Shown here in pieces: positions 24,229-38,780 of a stretch of DNA of 64,000 bases. The stretch is from Scyliorhinus canicula. Taxonomy: Eukaryota. The notes beneath the pieces were generated by a model. That model worked only from the letters and a program-made list of their open reading frames with translations. It was not told where the DNA came from and did not search any database. The stretch's first letter is position 1. The number at the start of each line of letters is the position of its first letter. The stretch lies in assembly GCF_902713615.1 (NCBI RefSeq), contig NW_024055447.1, positions 923,072-987,071 on the forward strand, read 5' to 3'. A program made the position numbers and the translations under genes.

Positions 24229-25363
24229 ATGGAATCAAAAAAAAACACTCACAAGAGGGAGAAAGTGTTTCCGTGTTCTGTGTGTGGACGAAGCTTCAGC
24301 CAATCATCAAACTTGTCAAAACACAAGTGCTGTCCCATGGGGGAGAAACCGTGGAAATGTGGAGATTGTGGGAAGGGATTCAATTGTCCGTCTGAGCTGC
24401 GTATTCATCAACGTAGTCACACCGGGGAGAGACCATTCACCTGTTCTGTGTGTGAGAAAGGATTCACTAAATCATCTGACCTTCTGAGACACCAGCGAAT
24501 TCACACTGGGGAGAGACCGTTCACCCTGCTCTGTGTGTCGGAAAGGCTTCACAACTTCGTACCACCTCCTGAAACACTATCGTTCCCACAGTGAGGGGAG
24601 AAATGGGGAGAACGTGTTTCCGTGTTCTGTGTGTGGACGATGCTTCAGCCGAAAAGCAAACCTGTCAAAACACAAATGCTGTCCCAGCGGCGAGAAACCG
24701 TGGAAATGTGGAGACTGTGGGAAGGGATTCAATTACTCGTCTGAGCTGCGTATTCATCATACAGTCACACCGGGAAGAAACCATTCCCCTGCTCTGTGTG
24801 TGGGAAAGGATTCAACAAACCATCTGACCTTCTGAGACACCAGCGAGTTCACACTGGGGAGAGACCGTTCACCTGCTCTGTGTGTGGGAAAGGCTTCACA
24901 ACCTCATATGGCCTCCTGTCCCACCATCGTATCCACAGTGAGGAGAGACCTTTCCAATGTTCTGACTGTGAGAAAAACTATAAAAGGAAAACAGGTCTGT
25001 TGAGCCATAAACTCACTCACACCGGGGGAGAAACCGTTCACCTGCTCTGCTTGTGGGAAAGGATTTGCCCGTTCATCCGAGCTCCTGACACACCAACTTG
25101 TTCATACTGATCAGAGGCCGTTTAAATATCCTGACTGTGAGAAGAGCTTTAAAAGCCGGAAGGATCAGCTGACACATGAACACACTCACACCAGGGAGAG
25201 ATCTTTCATCTGTTCTTTCTGTGGGAAAAGTTTTAGTTGGAAGTCCAACCTACTTAAGCACCAGCGGATTCACACTGGGGAGAGGCCATTCATCTGCTCA
25301 GTGTGTGGGAAGGCATTCATTCAGTCATCCCACAGGCTGAGACACCAGCTATTTCACAAGTGA
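24229..25363 (+). pseudogene. C2H2 ZNF with three 1-nt frameshifts (about 13 finger units) and an internal 4-finger duplication
   Basis: Acceptor at 24143-24144, ATG at 24229. Frameshifts at ~24524 (ttcaccctgc, +1), ~24758 (-1) and ~25026 (ggggg, +1). Stop TGA at 25361-25363. Confidence 0.8.
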
Positions 25364-26889
25364 CTGAAGGGATTGGATTTGGATTCTGCTGTTAATCACA
25401 TCCGGACCGAACCATCTTCACTCTGACAGCTGGTGTTTGTTGCTGCTGATATTAATCAGCCTGAAAGCTGGGGTGTGCATTGATGTTCTGTATAAATATT
25501 GATTAAATCAGCTTTGATTCAGACACTGTGTTTTGAATATTTGGTTTCCTCAATGATAAGAGGAGACTGATTGATCTGCTGACTGGGACATTATTTTGAT
25601 CTTTTCTTACTCTGAATTATTTCTGTTCTCTGGTTCACCTTCTCCCAGATTAAACACTGAGCTTTCATCAATCCTATCAATCTGTTGGAGACATTGGGCG
25701 GTTGGTGAGTTTCACCTGATGTTGGTGTCAGTTGCCCTCGGAAGATTTCCCAGTTTTCTGAAATTCCAGTGTGGTTGTGTGTTGATGTAATGATCGGAGT
25801 TTCAGTTCCAATGCTGATGATGGAGGGCCTGTGCTGCCAGAACCACAGAATGATTACAGTTCAGGAGGAGGCCATTCAGCCCATCGAGCCTGCACTGCTC
25901 ACTGAAAGAACATCCTACCTAATCCCACTCCCCTGCCTTATCCCTGTAACCTTGCACATTCTTTCTTTGCAGATAATAATCCAATTCCCTTTTAAATACA
26001 TTGATTGAAGCTCCATCTCCATCTTAATATGTTCATTCCAGACTCTATCCACCATCTGGGTGAAAACATTTTTTAGCCTCCCATCACTTCTGCTCCTTTT
26101 GCTAATTATTTTAAATCTGTGCTCTCTAGTTCTTGATGTACTCCTGAGGGGAAATAGCTTTTCATTATTTACCCTGTCCAAACCCCTCAGGATCTTGATT
26201 ACCTCTTCAAGTCTCCTATCAGCCTTCTTTTCTCCAAGGAAAACAGACTCAGCCTCTCCTCATAGCTCCAGTTATTTATCCCTGGAATCATTCTTGTAAA
26301 TCTTCTCTGGACTCTGCACTCCAATGCCTTCACATCCTTCCTCAAGTTTAAAAAAAATAATTTCATTGGGATGTGGTGTCGCTGGCTGGGCATTTACTGC
26401 CCATCATTAATTGCCCTTGAACTGAGTGGTTTGCTCAGCCATTTCAGAGGGCATTTTCAGAGTCAACCACTTTGCTGTGGGTCTGGTGACACATGAAGGC
26501 CACACCAGGTAAGGGCAGGAGATTTCCTTCCCTAAAGGACAAGAGTGAATCTGATGAGTTTTTATTGCATTATTTTATTGCTTTTTTTCATAAATTTAGA
26601 GTACCCAATTCATTTTTGCCAATTAAGGGGCAATTTAGGGTGGCCAATCTACCTAACATGCACATCTTTGTGTGGGGGCGAAACCCACGTAAACACGGGG
26701 AGAATGTGCAAACTCCACACGAACAGTAACCCAGAGCCGGGATTGAACCTGGGACCTTGGCACCGTGAGGCAGCAGTGCTGCCCCCAGATTGGGTTTTTC
26801 TGACAATAGACGATGGTTTCATGGTCATCATTGGACTTTTAATTCAAGATTTTAAAATATTGAATTCACAATCCACTATTCTAAATACT

Positions 26890-27765
26890 AAGAAGTTAAT
26901 TTCTGGACTAAAGAATTGTGAGTTCTTCGAAGATGTAACAAGCAAAGTGGATAATGGGGATCCTGGAGATGTAGTATATCTGGACTTCCGGAAGGCGTTT
27001 GATAAGTTGCCACACAAAAGGTTAATTGACAAGGTGAGATCACATGGGATTAGGGGTAATTTATTACCTTAGATAGAAGACTGGCTGACAGACAGGAGAC
27101 AGAGAGTCAGGATAAATGGTTCTTTTTCTGGATGGCAAGATGTAACTAGTGGGGCGCCACAGGGTTCAGACCTTGGGCCCCAGCTATTTACAATTTATAT
27201 TAACTACTTGGATACAGGGATAGAAGGTTCTATAGCCAAATTTGTAGATCACACAAAAATAAGTGGGACAGTAAACTGCAATGAGAAAATAAGAACCTTA
27301 CAAATGGATATAGATACGTTAGGAGAGTGGTCCAAAATGTGGCTGATGGAGTTGTGGATAAGTGTGAGGTCATGCATTTTGGTCAAAAAAATGGAAAGGC
27401 ACCTTATCTAAATGGGGAGAGACTTCAGGGTGCCCTATGCAGTGAGATCTGGGTGTCCTTGTGCACGAGTCACAGAAAATGAGCATGAAGGTGCAGCAGA
27501 TAATAAGGAAAAAAAATGGAATGTTAACAAGGAAATGCGTAACAAAGTATTGTTGCAACTATACAAGGCCACACCTGGATTATTGTGCACAGTTTTAGTC
27601 CCTTTATTTGAGGAAAGATGTAGTGGCATTGGAGGCAGTTCAGAGGAGGTTCACTAGATTGATTCCAGAGATGAGGGGAGATTGAATAGTTTAGGCCTAT
27701 ACTCTCTCTTAGAAGAATGAAGGGAGATCTCATTGAGGTAAACAAGATGCTAAAAGGTATGGACA
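26890..27765 (+). mobile_element. CR1 LINE RT fragment
   Basis: FFEDVTSKVDNGDPGDVVYLDFRKAFDKLPHKRL, VTSGAPQGSDLGP, IAKFVDHTKI, DIDTLGEWSKMW. Confidence 0.88.
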
Positions 27766-28779
27766 GGGCGGCACAGTGGTTAGCACTGTTGCTTCACAGT
27801 GCCAGGGTCCCAGGTTCCATTCCTGGCTTGGGTCACTGCCTGTGCAGAGTCTGCACATTCTCCCTGTGTCTGCGTGGGTGTCCTCCGGGCGCTCCGATTT
27901 CCTCCCACAAATTCTTGAAGGAGTTAGACAGATTTTTAATTGGTAATGGGTTGAAGGCTTACAAAGGACGGTGGAGTTGAGCCCAGGATGGGATCAGCCA
28001 TGATCATATTGAAGGTATTTAGACTCGGGAGGCTGCATTGCCTTCTCCTGCTCCTCGGTTAGGTGTTCTCGAGAGGAGATGCTCTGACTGATTTTTCAAT
28101 CCAGCTCTTGGTCTTTAGCATTGTGGGTAGCACATAAGGAACAATCAGCTATGATGGAATGGCGGAGTAGACACGTTGGGCCAAATGGCCTAATTCTGCT
28201 CCTGTATCTTAAGAACTTGTGACTACACAGAATACCTTTCACTGTACCGCAGTACATGTGACAATACAACAAATGCAATACAAACAAGTCTTGTTTACCC
28301 ATCCCCTGGGCTCACTTTCCTTTTAAGAAGGACCAAAAGTTGAAATTTCCCATTCTTCGTTTCTTATAGTTGTGATCATCCTGATCTCTGTAATCTCCTC
28401 CACACACACACCCCTTCAAGATCTCTGCACTCATTTAATTCCGGCCACTATAGCACTCCTGATTTGTTCGGTCCACCATTACTGACCTTTTATCATTTGA
28501 CTGGGCCACTAGCTCTGGTATTTCCTCCTTAAAAATCTCCGACTCTCACTCACTTTCCTCTATTACGAAATCTAATATCTCCTCTTGAGGCTGTGTCAAT
28601 TGTTATTTTGTAACATTTCTCTGAAATGTCTCAAAAAGCTTTATTCTGTCAAAATAAATTTGAATTATTGGTCACAGCCCTGGAAATGTATCATTGTTCT
28701 GACTCATAAATAGGAATTTGTAACTCAGAGTGAAACAGTCTGTCACGATTGAAACAATTCTAAATGTTGCCCTCAACAT

Positions 28780-29400
28780 GATGGCGACTGAGCCTTAACT
28801 CCGCTGCTGCTGCCCCCATAAAAATGGTGGGTGCGCGTGCGCACTGCTAGTGCCCAAATAAAGTTAATGGTGCGCATGCGCAACCCCGCTAGCGCGCGAT
28901 CGAGATGGCGGCCCCATCGTCCCGTCTGTGAGCCTCGCTCAGGGCTCCCGGTACCGGTAGGTTATTTTTACGGGTTTTCGGTTTATATCACATATTTATA
29001 TAGTGTGTCCAACGACGCGCCTGATTCATCTCTCCCTTCGCCCCTGATTCATCTCTCCCTCCGCCCCGTCATTCCCACCTTTACGGATTGTGGATCCGAG
29101 AACGAACGTTTTTCTGTGTCGCCATTAATCACACTGCGCATGCTTCACTCAAGCCCAGTCCCGCCCCCTCATTCACGCTGATTGGTTGGAGGACCCCTGA
29201 CTCCCCACAGGTCCTCCGTTCCAACCCATTCTTTACCTATTGGTCAGTGCTGCCGTCAATCACTTCGCGCATTGTGAGGTGTCAGGTGAGAGGTCTGTCG
29301 GGGGGCGGGGTTTACAAACCCAGTGCGGCCCCAGAGCCGAACAATGAACATTCTCCACTCACTGTCCGTCACTTCCGGCTTCTCTCCATAAAACAACATC
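28780..29400 (+). promoter_or_regulatory. CpG-rich promoter, probably of the 33.4-kb ZNF
   Basis: GATGGCG x2, TGCGCATGCGCA (~28872), CTGATTGG, donor CAG|GTGAGA at 29286, GGGGCGGGG, CACTTCCGG. Confidence 0.7.
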
Positions 29401-30094
29401 ATAGAGACCAGGGGGGTAGACACTGACCCAGTGACAATGTCCACTGCATTAGTGGGCAAGTCTAATGTAACCTCTCCTGTTCCAAAAAGGCAGAAACTAG
29501 AAACCTAGTTAGTTTAAAAACTGTTGTTGGGAAACTTGGAATCCATTAATGAAAAATGAAAATCGCTTATTGTCATAAGGAGGTATAGGGTGGATATGTG
29601 GGCTTGAGTAGGGTGATCATTGCTCGGCACAACATCGAGGGCCGAGGGGCCTGTTCTGTGCTGTACTGTTCTATGTTCTATGTAATGAAGTTACTGTGAA
29701 AAACCCTAGTCGCCACATTGCGGCGCCTGTTCGGGAAGGCTGTAACAGGAATCGAACCGTGCTGCTGGCCTGCTTTCAAAGCCAGCGATTTAGCCCTGTG
29801 AAAAACAGCCCCGCATTAGTGAGGATGTAGCAACTGGACATTCGTAAAGTCAAACTGCAAACCATCAGAGTCAGTGGAAAAGTCTAATGTAACCCCCCCA
29901 CTGGTTAATGATTTGCCGCACACAGAGCCACACACAGAGCCACTGGTTATTGATTTCCCGCTCTAATTGACTTTCATGAATGGAGGCGGGTATAATATAT
30001 GTCCCCACAGGCCAATTTGAAAGGCAGGCCGGCTTTGGGGGCTTCCTTGATGGGTGGTTTGCGGCTAGGACCCCATCGGCCCTGGTCCCTGTGG

Positions 30095-30445
30095 GAAGGG
30101 CGGAGGGCTGGTCCCGACGGTGCTCCTTTTCCTGGGAAACGGTTCAGATTTGCTCCCTTACTCTTTGGCGGGCAGGGAGCACCCTTTCCCAGGGACATGG
30201 TTCGGATTCACTTCCTTACTCTCTGGAGGGAGAGGGTGCTTCTTTCCCGGGGAACATATTTTCAGATTCACTCCCTTACACTCTGGCGGGAGAGGGTGCT
30301 CCTTTCCGGGGACACATTTCAGATTCACTCCCTTATTCTCTGGCGGGAGAGGGTGCTCCTTTCCCGGGGAAACATTTCAGATTCACTCCCTTACTCTCTG
30401 GCGGGAGAGGGTGCTCCTTTCCCGGGGACACGATTCAGATCCAGT
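30095..30445. repeat. ~58-bp minisatellite, ~6 copies
   Basis: Unit tttcagattcactcccttactctctggcgggagagggtgctcctttcccggggacaca. Confidence 0.88.
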
Positions 30446-31139
30446 CCCTTGGACTCTGGTGAACTCTCTCAATTAACAACAGGGAGGTGACTTTTTAGAA
30501 ATTAATCCATGGACTATAAAGCAATGTGGATGTTGCGGAATTAAAGTCTCTGAATGGGAAGTGGGTGTAATTCTGGATTTAATAATCCTGGAATAAATGT
30601 GTTTCAGACTGAAATGTGAGGCTGGAATGAAATGGAGTTTCTGCTGCTGTTGTTAGCACTGTTGGATTGCTGTGTGTGTGAGCCTGGGGACAGGAGAGAG
30701 AGGGAGAGGGACGGAAAGCAGCAGTTGAAAAAAAAATGAAAATCGCTTATTGTCATGAGTAGGCTTCAATTAAGTTACTGTGAAAAGCCCCTAGTCGCCA
30801 CATTCCGGCACCTGTCCGGGGAGGCTGGTACAGTTCCCCTTGTACAAAGGGTCAGTCACAAGGGGGACACATTCATGCTGAGGGCAGGGGATTTAGAAGG
30901 TTTTGAGGAAAGTGAGGAAAGAGGGTGGTGACGGTCTGGAATACACTGCCTGAAGGATGGTAGAAGCGGGTTGCCTCACATCCTTTAAAAAAGTTCCTGG
31001 ATGAATAGTTGGCACGCCATAACATTCAAGGCTATGGCCAAATGTGGCAAGGGATTAGGTAGGTAGGTTGTGTTTTTTCATGTGTCAGTGCAGACTTGAT
31101 GGGCCCCAAGGGCCTCTTCTGCACTGTTGCTGATTAAAC

Positions 31140-31990
31140 AAATTTAAGTGGCATTGCAGACAGCCCAGATGATGGCATTAAATTGCAAGGAGATATTGAC
31201 AGATTAAGTGAATGGGCAAATTTGTGACAGATCGAATTGAATGTAAGCAATTCTGGAACAAAAAAGGATAGAGCAGTGTATTTTCTAAATGGAAAGAGGT
31301 CAGCAGACAGTGGATGTTCAAAGAGACTTGGGGTACAGGTGCACAGATCCTTAAAATGTCACAATCAAGTCCAGAACATAATTAAAAAGGCGAAAGCCAT
31401 TCATAGCTAGAGGATTTCAGTATAAAGACTGCAGTTATACAAAACCCTGGTAAGACCCCACTTGGAGAACTGTGAGCAGTTCTGGGCACCACACCTTCGG
31501 GAGGATATTTTGGCCTTGGAGGGAGTGCAACTAAGGTTTACTAAAACGGCACCCCACAATACACTGACTACGGGGGGGTTACGTGACAAGGAGAGATTAC
31601 ACAAATTAGGCCTGTTTTCGCTAGAATTTAGAAGGTTAAGGTGTGATCTGATTGAAGTATTTAAGATATTAACAGGGAAAGACAGGGTTGATGAAGATAA
31701 ACTATTTCCACTGATTGGCGATTCGAAAACTAGGGGTCATTGTCTAAAAATCAGGGCTGGACCGTTCAGGAGATGTTCGGAAGAACTTCTTCACACACAG
31801 GGTGGGAGAGGTTTGGAACTCTCCCACAAACAGCAGGTGAAGCTGGATCACTTGTTAAGTTTATATCTGAAATAGATAGACTTTTGTTGAGCAAAGATAC
31901 GAAGGAATATGGAGTTAGGTCACAGATCAGCCATGATCTCACTAAATGGCAGGACAGATTTGAGGGGCTGAATGGCCTACTCCTGTCCCA
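31140..31990 (+). mobile_element. CR1 LINE 3' end
   Basis: LQGDIDRLSEWA, YKTLVRPHLENCEQFWAPHLREDILALEGVQLRFTK, LFSLEFRRLRCDLIEVFKIL, tail gggctgaatggcctactcctg. Confidence 0.88.
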
Positions 31991-32134
31991 ATGTGTATTT
32001 CTGTGATTCTGTGAAATTCAGACACCACCATGACAAGGAAAGAGTCCGGATTAGAACCTGAGTTAGTCTGAGCTGCAAACCATCCCTCCAGATCCTTGCC
32101 CTTCATGGATTTAGTGAAGATCAAGGCAATAGTT

Positions 32135-32486
32135 GGGGCCGCACGGTAGCATTATGGACAGCACAATCGCTTCACAGCTCCAGGGTCTCAGGTTCGATTC
32201 CGGCTTGGGTCACTGTCTGTGCGGAGTCTGCATATCCTCCCCGTGCGTGCGTGGGTTTCCTCCGGGTTCTCCGGTTTCCTCCCACATTCCAAAGATGTGC
32301 AGGTTAGGTGGATTGGTCATGATAAATTGCCCTTAGTGTCCAAAATTGCCCTTAGTGTTGGGTAGGGTTATTGGGTTATGGGGATAGGGTGGAGGTGTTG
32401 ACCTTGGGTAGGGTGCTCTTTCCAAGAGCCGGTGCAGACTCGATGGGCCGAATGGCCTCCTTCTGCACTGTAAATTCTATGATCTA
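32135..32486 (+). mobile_element. Full-length HE1 V-SINE (long tail)
   Basis: Complete head, V domain and ggccgaatggcctccttctgcactgtaaattctatg tail. About 20 further full or partial copies are dispersed through the window. Confidence 0.9.
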
Positions 32487-32489
32487 TTG

Positions 32490-32800
32490 AAAGACTTGAC
32501 GGAGTTGTTGGATACCGTTTTTCGGGTTGCAGGGTAAAGCCTGACGGAATTCACTCTCCACAGGCTTGAGCTGCCTTTGAACTTCATCGATGCCTTGACG
32601 CTTTGTTTGTGTTGCTGCCGAAAAGTCCTGAATCCTCCCCCTCTCCGGGGACCAGGTGCCACCTCACCGTACCCATCTCCAGAATCTTCTTTCAGGTTGT
32701 GGAAGCGAATGATAACAGGCCTGGGATGAAAACTATCCCTCAGCCTCAGAGACAGGATATGATGCACACTTTCTAATTTTAAACTCCCAGGCTTCAATGA
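32490..32800 (-). mobile_element. L1/Tx1-like ORF1 fragment
   Basis: HPRPVIIRFHNLKE resembles the L1 ORF1p RPRPVIVRFH..KDKE motif. Confidence 0.5.
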
Positions 32801-33449
32801 TCCCATTGAATGGTTCAGGTTGGATGGGCCGAATGGCTGACTGCAGCTCATATTTCTTATGACCTCCTAGACAGGAAGCAGTGAGCTGAGCTTGGATCTG
32901 TCAATCAGCCTGAATCAGCACCTTCAGGAGAATAGGGAGGGTGAATATTAGATACAGCAGAGTGAGAATGGAGGGAGAGTGTGTGGGATGGAGATTTCCA
33001 GCTTTCGGGGAATAAGAGAGAGGAAACAAATGTTCCATTTATTGAGAATTATTGTTCTGAGTTTCTATCCTGTACTGACAGTGATGAATTTTGTAATTTT
33101 TTTTACAGAATATTCAATGAGGAGGAATTACAGACAGAAATCTCAACAGTCAAGTCTCAATTTGACAGTCACTCGATTCCTTAGAACCAGATTATCATTG
33201 GCCTTTGAGTTGATAAGATGAAACATTTACCCAAATTGCCGGCTTCTTAAGATTTGAAACATCAGTGTGACTGGAAAAGCTCCGAGACCCACACAACACA
33301 CACCCGAGTGAGAGAGTTCCAGTGAACTGACTGTGTGGAAAGAGCTTTGACCAGTTACACAGCCTGAAAAACAACATTGAGAGCGGGGAGGGACCTTACC
33401 CGTGTTGTGTCTGTGGACGAGGCTTCAACTGATTTGGAGACCCAAAAAA

Positions 33450-34100
33450 ATGGAGAAACCGTGGAAATGTGGGGACTGTGGGAAGGGATTCAGTTTCCCA
33501 TCTCAGCTGGAGACTCATCGACGCAGTCACACTGGGGAGAGACCATTCACCTGCTCCAAGTGTGGGAAGGGATTCACTCAGTTTTCCAGCCTGCAGACAC
33601 ACCAGCAAGCTCACGCTGGGGAGACGCTATTCACCTGCTCAAAATGTGGCAAGGGATTGACTCAGTTTTCCAGCCTGCAGACACATCAGCGAGTTCACAC
33701 TGGGGAAAGACCATTCACCTGCACTCAGTGTGGGAAGGGATTCAATGATTCATCCAACCTGCAGAGACATCAGCGAGTTCACACTGGAGAGAGGCCATTC
33801 ACCTGCCCTCGGTGTGGAAAAAGATTCACTGATTCATCCACCCTGCGGACACACCAGCGAGTTCACACTGGGGAGAGGCCATCCACATGCTCTCAGTGTG
33901 GGAAAGGATTTACTCAGTTATCTCACCTGCGAAGACACCAGCGAGTTCACACTGGGGAGAGGCCATTCACCTGCTCTCAGTGTGGGAAAGGATTTACTCG
34001 AGCATTCAACCTGCGGTCACACCAGCGAGTTCACACTGGGGAGAGGCCATTCACCCCTCAATGTGAGACGGGATTGCATGTTGCACCACACCTGCTGTGA
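33450..34100 (+). CDS. C2H2 zinc-finger protein, 7 intact fingers plus a truncated eighth
   Basis: ATG at 33450 ([10 protein letters not shown]); the open frame starts at 33402. Acceptor ttttacAG at ~33108. A premature TGA falls in finger 8. Confidence 0.8.
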   Translation: MEKPWKCGDCGKGFSFPSQLETHRRSHTGERPFTCSKCGKGFTQFSSLQTHQQAHAGETLFTCSKCGKGLTQFSSLQTHQRVHTGERPFTCTQCGKGFNDSSNLQRHQRVHTGERPFTCPRCGKRFTDSSTLRTHQRVHTGERPSTCSQCGKGFTQLSHLRRHQRVHTGERPFTCSQCGKGFTRAFNLRSHQRVHTGERPFTPQCETGLHVAPHLL

Positions 34101-34561
34101 CACCAACAATTTCACAATCTATTACAGGGGTTGGATTCTGCTGTTATTGTTTCTGCTCTACAGCCAGGACTGCATTTTGTTCATTCTGACAGGTGGTCAG
34201 TGGGGATGGTCGGAGGGTTTCTTTCTGCTGGACTGGCCGGTCTCACCACTTTGCCTCCAGTGGGCTGATGCTCTTTGAGCCTTGTCGCTGATACCTGGCT
34301 TCAAATTGCACAAGGATCACAGAGTGAAAGGGTGTTTGGAAGTGTGAAGATATTTAGTTGCTATTTCTGTTTGGAACCCCCAAAGCCATGTTGCCATGGA
34401 GATGGGCCCTGGTGGTTACATGGTTCTTTTGTTTAATTTATCTGGGTGTTTCTCACAGAAGAAAACTATCAGGGTATGAGGGGCAAGTTGTCTGAGGTCG
34501 CCTGGGAAACTGATTGGTACAGGGAATACCTAATATTCAAGCAATTATTACATATTTATCA

Positions 34562-34780
34562 GGGGGTCGGTTAGCTCAGTTGGCTGGACGACCGGTTTGT
34601 GATGCAGAGCAAGGCCAACAGAGAGGATTCAACTCCCATACTGGCTGGGTTTATCCATGAAGGCCCAGCCTTCTCAACCAGGCCCATCGCCTGAGGTGTG
34701 CTGACCCTCGGGTTAAATCACCTCCAGTCAGCTCTCTCTCTGTCAAAGGGGAGAGCAGCCTATGGTCCTCTGGGATTTTT
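34562..34780 (+). mobile_element. tRNA-derived SINE of a second family (non-HE1 body)
   Basis: A-box TAGCTCAGTTGG, B-box-like GGATTCAACTCC. The body is unrelated to the V domain. Confidence 0.6.
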
Positions 34781-36359
34781 GCAATTTGTATTTTGCACAT
34801 AAACAACAAATATAGATTCCTTTAAGGAACAACAATCCAACATAAAAAATGATTCAATCTCGGCGAACAAGAAAAGTTAAAGATTCCATGAGATCCATTA
34901 GAATTCAGCAAAGGAGGATCAAAAAACTGATGAGAGCAAACTGGCGAGAAACATAAAAACCAACTGGAAAAGCTTCTACAGGAATGTGAAAAGGAAAAGA
35001 TTAGCAAAGACCAATGTGGGTCCATTCCAGGCAGAGACAGGAGAGTTTATAATGGGGAGTAAGGAAATGCAGAGAAACTAAACAACGTGTGTCTGTCTTC
35101 ACAGAGGAAGATACAGAAACTGTCCCCAAAACACCAGAGAACCACGGGACTGGCAGAGATTAGTATTGGTGAAAATGTCGTACTGGAGACATTAATGGGG
35201 TTGAAAGTGAATAAATCCCCAAAAACTGATGATCTGCATCCCAGAGTGTTGAACGATGTGGCTGTGGAGATCTCTATTCCTCATTATAGACCATACGATG
35301 CAGAAGGAGACCATTCGGCCTTTCGAGTCTGCACCGACCCACGTAAGCCCTCACTTCTACCCAAACCCAATAATCCCTCCTAACCTTTTTGGACACTAAG
35401 GGCAATTTAACGTGGCTAATCCACCTAACCTGCACGTCTTTGAACTGTGGGAGGAAACCCACACAGACACGGGGAGAACGTGCAGACTCAGCACAGACAG
35501 TGACCCAGCAGGGGATCGAACCTGGGACTCTGGTGCTGTGCTGGTACTGTGCTAACCATTATGTTACCGTGCTGCCCGATAAATTCTCCTATCTGTGTCG
35601 GACAATCCTTTGTCTTAGCAAAACGTTTCCTTTTTACGTACCTGTACCGGAACTTTTACAGTTCATTTTTATTTATTTTGCTGGTTCACATTCATATTCT
35701 GTTCTCCCTCGCTTTCTCAGTCTTTTGGTCCTTTGCTGTATTCTAAAATCCTCCCAATCCTCAGATTTATTCCTATTTCTGATAACTTTATCGGCCTTTT
35801 CTTTCAATCTTATACAAAACTTCACTTCCTCTGGTAGTCACGGTTCTCTGACCTTTTGGGGTTCTTGTGCCGTGAAGGAATGTAAACTGTTTAATAATTA
35901 TTAAAAGTCTATCCATTGCCTGTGGACTGTCACACCGTTTAATGTATTTACCCCAATCCACCTCAGCTAATTTATCCCTTCTACCTTCATAATTTCATTC
36001 AAATTAATACCCTGGCTTCGGATTAGAATACCTCATTCAATATTCTGGTCACTCCTCCCTAAAGGTTGTTTTCAGCGCGATTATCAATTAGCCCTTTATC
36101 ATTGCACAATATTAGATCTGCAAAGCCTGTTCTCTAGTCGGTTCCTCAATTTACTGCTGTAGATAAATGTCCCTAAGACACTCCAGAAACTTGTCCTCCA
36201 CAGCATCAGTGTCCATTAGGTTAACCCAGTCTTTATGCAGATTGAAGTCACCCATTACTGTTTTACCCATGCTACATACTTCTCTAATCTCCGATTAATA
36301 CCATGTCCCACACTACCCCTACTGTTGTGATCTTGAACACCGATGGGTCAGAGTACAGT

Positions 36360-36605
36360 AGGGAGACAGAACCTAGTGGAGTGGTTCAATGACATCAATC
36401 TCTCCCTCAACATCAGCAAAACTGACGAGCTGGTCATTGACTTCAGGAAGTGTCGTACACACCCCTGTCTGCATCAATGGTGTCGAGGTGGAGATGGTTG
36501 ACAGCTTCAAATTTCTAGGTGTGCACATCACCAACAATCTGTCCTGGTGCACACACATCGACGCTACGGTCAAGAAAGCACAACAGTGCCTATACTTCCT
36601 CAGCA
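36360..36605 (+). mobile_element. Rex1/Babar LINE RT C-terminal fragment
   Basis: LNISKTDELVIDFRK, INGVEVEMVDSFKFLGVHITNNLSW, KKAQQCLYFL. Confidence 0.8.
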
Positions 36606-38131
36606 AACCTTTGGCCCCGTCATCAGTCATTGATATAAATTGTAAAACGTTGAGTCTCCAGCACTGATCCCTGTGACACACCACTCATTACATCTTGCCA
36701 GCCAGAAAATGGCCTATTTGTGCCTCCTCTCGGTTTTCTGGCAGCTGGCTAATCTTTCGCTGTGAAAGACAATTCTGGGATTCAAGGCTGCCAGACGGCA
36801 AAAAGAAAAGAATGGAAGTAAATCCTTGGGAATGAATCATCACTTTGGACAGGTTCTAAAACAATTAAGTTTTGACTTCCAGGGCAGAGTAAACTGTAAT
36901 CGTGGCGTGCGATTTTAGATTGTGTAAAAGGGCAAAGTTCTATTTTATAGTTTACTGTGTAGGTTTCCGAGTTAAAGTAGCTTCTAATTTATTTGTTGCA
37001 ATAAACGTCATGAAACTTGAAGTCTCTTTGTGTTCACTTAGAATTTGATTTTTTTTCTAAGAAGTTGCTGACGTTTACGGAGATCCTGATCCACAAATGT
37101 TGTCCTATTTGAGCCTCGGGCACCTTTCTGTCTCTATTGCTCGTGTCACTGACAGCCAGGTGATGGAGCTGAGGGCTGAATTTAGCTGAGAATAACGGGA
37201 CATGTTCCCAGATGGGGAACTGCCATGGGCGTCATTAATAGAGACAGGAAGGTGCTGGAGGACTGACTGGAAACTGCACCTCCAACCAATCAGGGTTCAG
37301 GGGCGAGGATGACCGGGGCTGATGGTGATGCGACCCCCAGGGTTCAGTGCCCCCGTGTCCAAAGCGGGGAGTCACGGGAACAGGGTACAGAGGAGCCGCA
37401 GGGAAAATATTTGGGACCCAGAACATTGTGAACATCCTGTTACTCTGGTTGTCTTTGATCCTCAACTAAGTTTCTGTTTTTTTTTAACCACGTTCTGTTT
37501 CATCAATAAACTTTTAACAGGAAAATATTAAAAAATAAAATTTTATTGTCACAAGTAGGCTTACATTAACATTGCAATGAAGTTACTGGAAAAGCCCCAC
37601 GTCACCACGTTCTGGCGCCTGTTTGGGTACACCGAGGGAGAATTCAGAATGTCCAATTCACCTAACAAACACATCTTTCAGGACTTGTCGGGGGATATTG
37701 GAGCACCCGGAGGAAACCCACACAGACACAGGGAGAACATGCAGACTCCACACAGAGTGACCCAAGCCGGGAATTGAACCCGGGTCCCTGGCACTGTGAA
37801 GCAACTGTGCTAACCGCCGCTACCGTGCCCACAGTATTTTCTAATTGAAGATGTTAATCAGAGGACGTGTTCAGCCACTGAATTGTAGAGTTTATACAAA
37901 AGACCAATTTAGGAGTGGAGTAAAAATTAATAATTTTATTGTTCACTTTTCCTTTGGAAGTTCTTGAATTGCGGTGTAAGATCACAGACGATGTTTTTAA
38001 AATGGACACTGCCATCACAAAAATCAGCGATATATCTGGAATATTAAACACAAGTCAGTTAACATTAGAAGGAAGAAAGTAAATATTGTCAGACTGTCAA
38101 TCCTGGATGTGATTAACAGCAGAATCCCAAC

Positions 38132-38780
<649 letters not shown>

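Noticed and set aside
30632-30677. Signal-peptide-like 46-nt exon candidate MEFLLLLLALLDCCV with a phase-1 GTGAGC donor, resembling an Ig leader
   Set aside because: There is no upstream octamer and no V exon or RSS downstream. It lies in (ctg)/(tg) low-complexity sequence inside a ZNF intron, so it is probably chance.
36760-37510. Possible solo LTR(s) (AATAAA, CCAAT, ...CA end)
   Set aside because: I could not identify a TSD, a PBS or a second copy, so there is too little support to call it.
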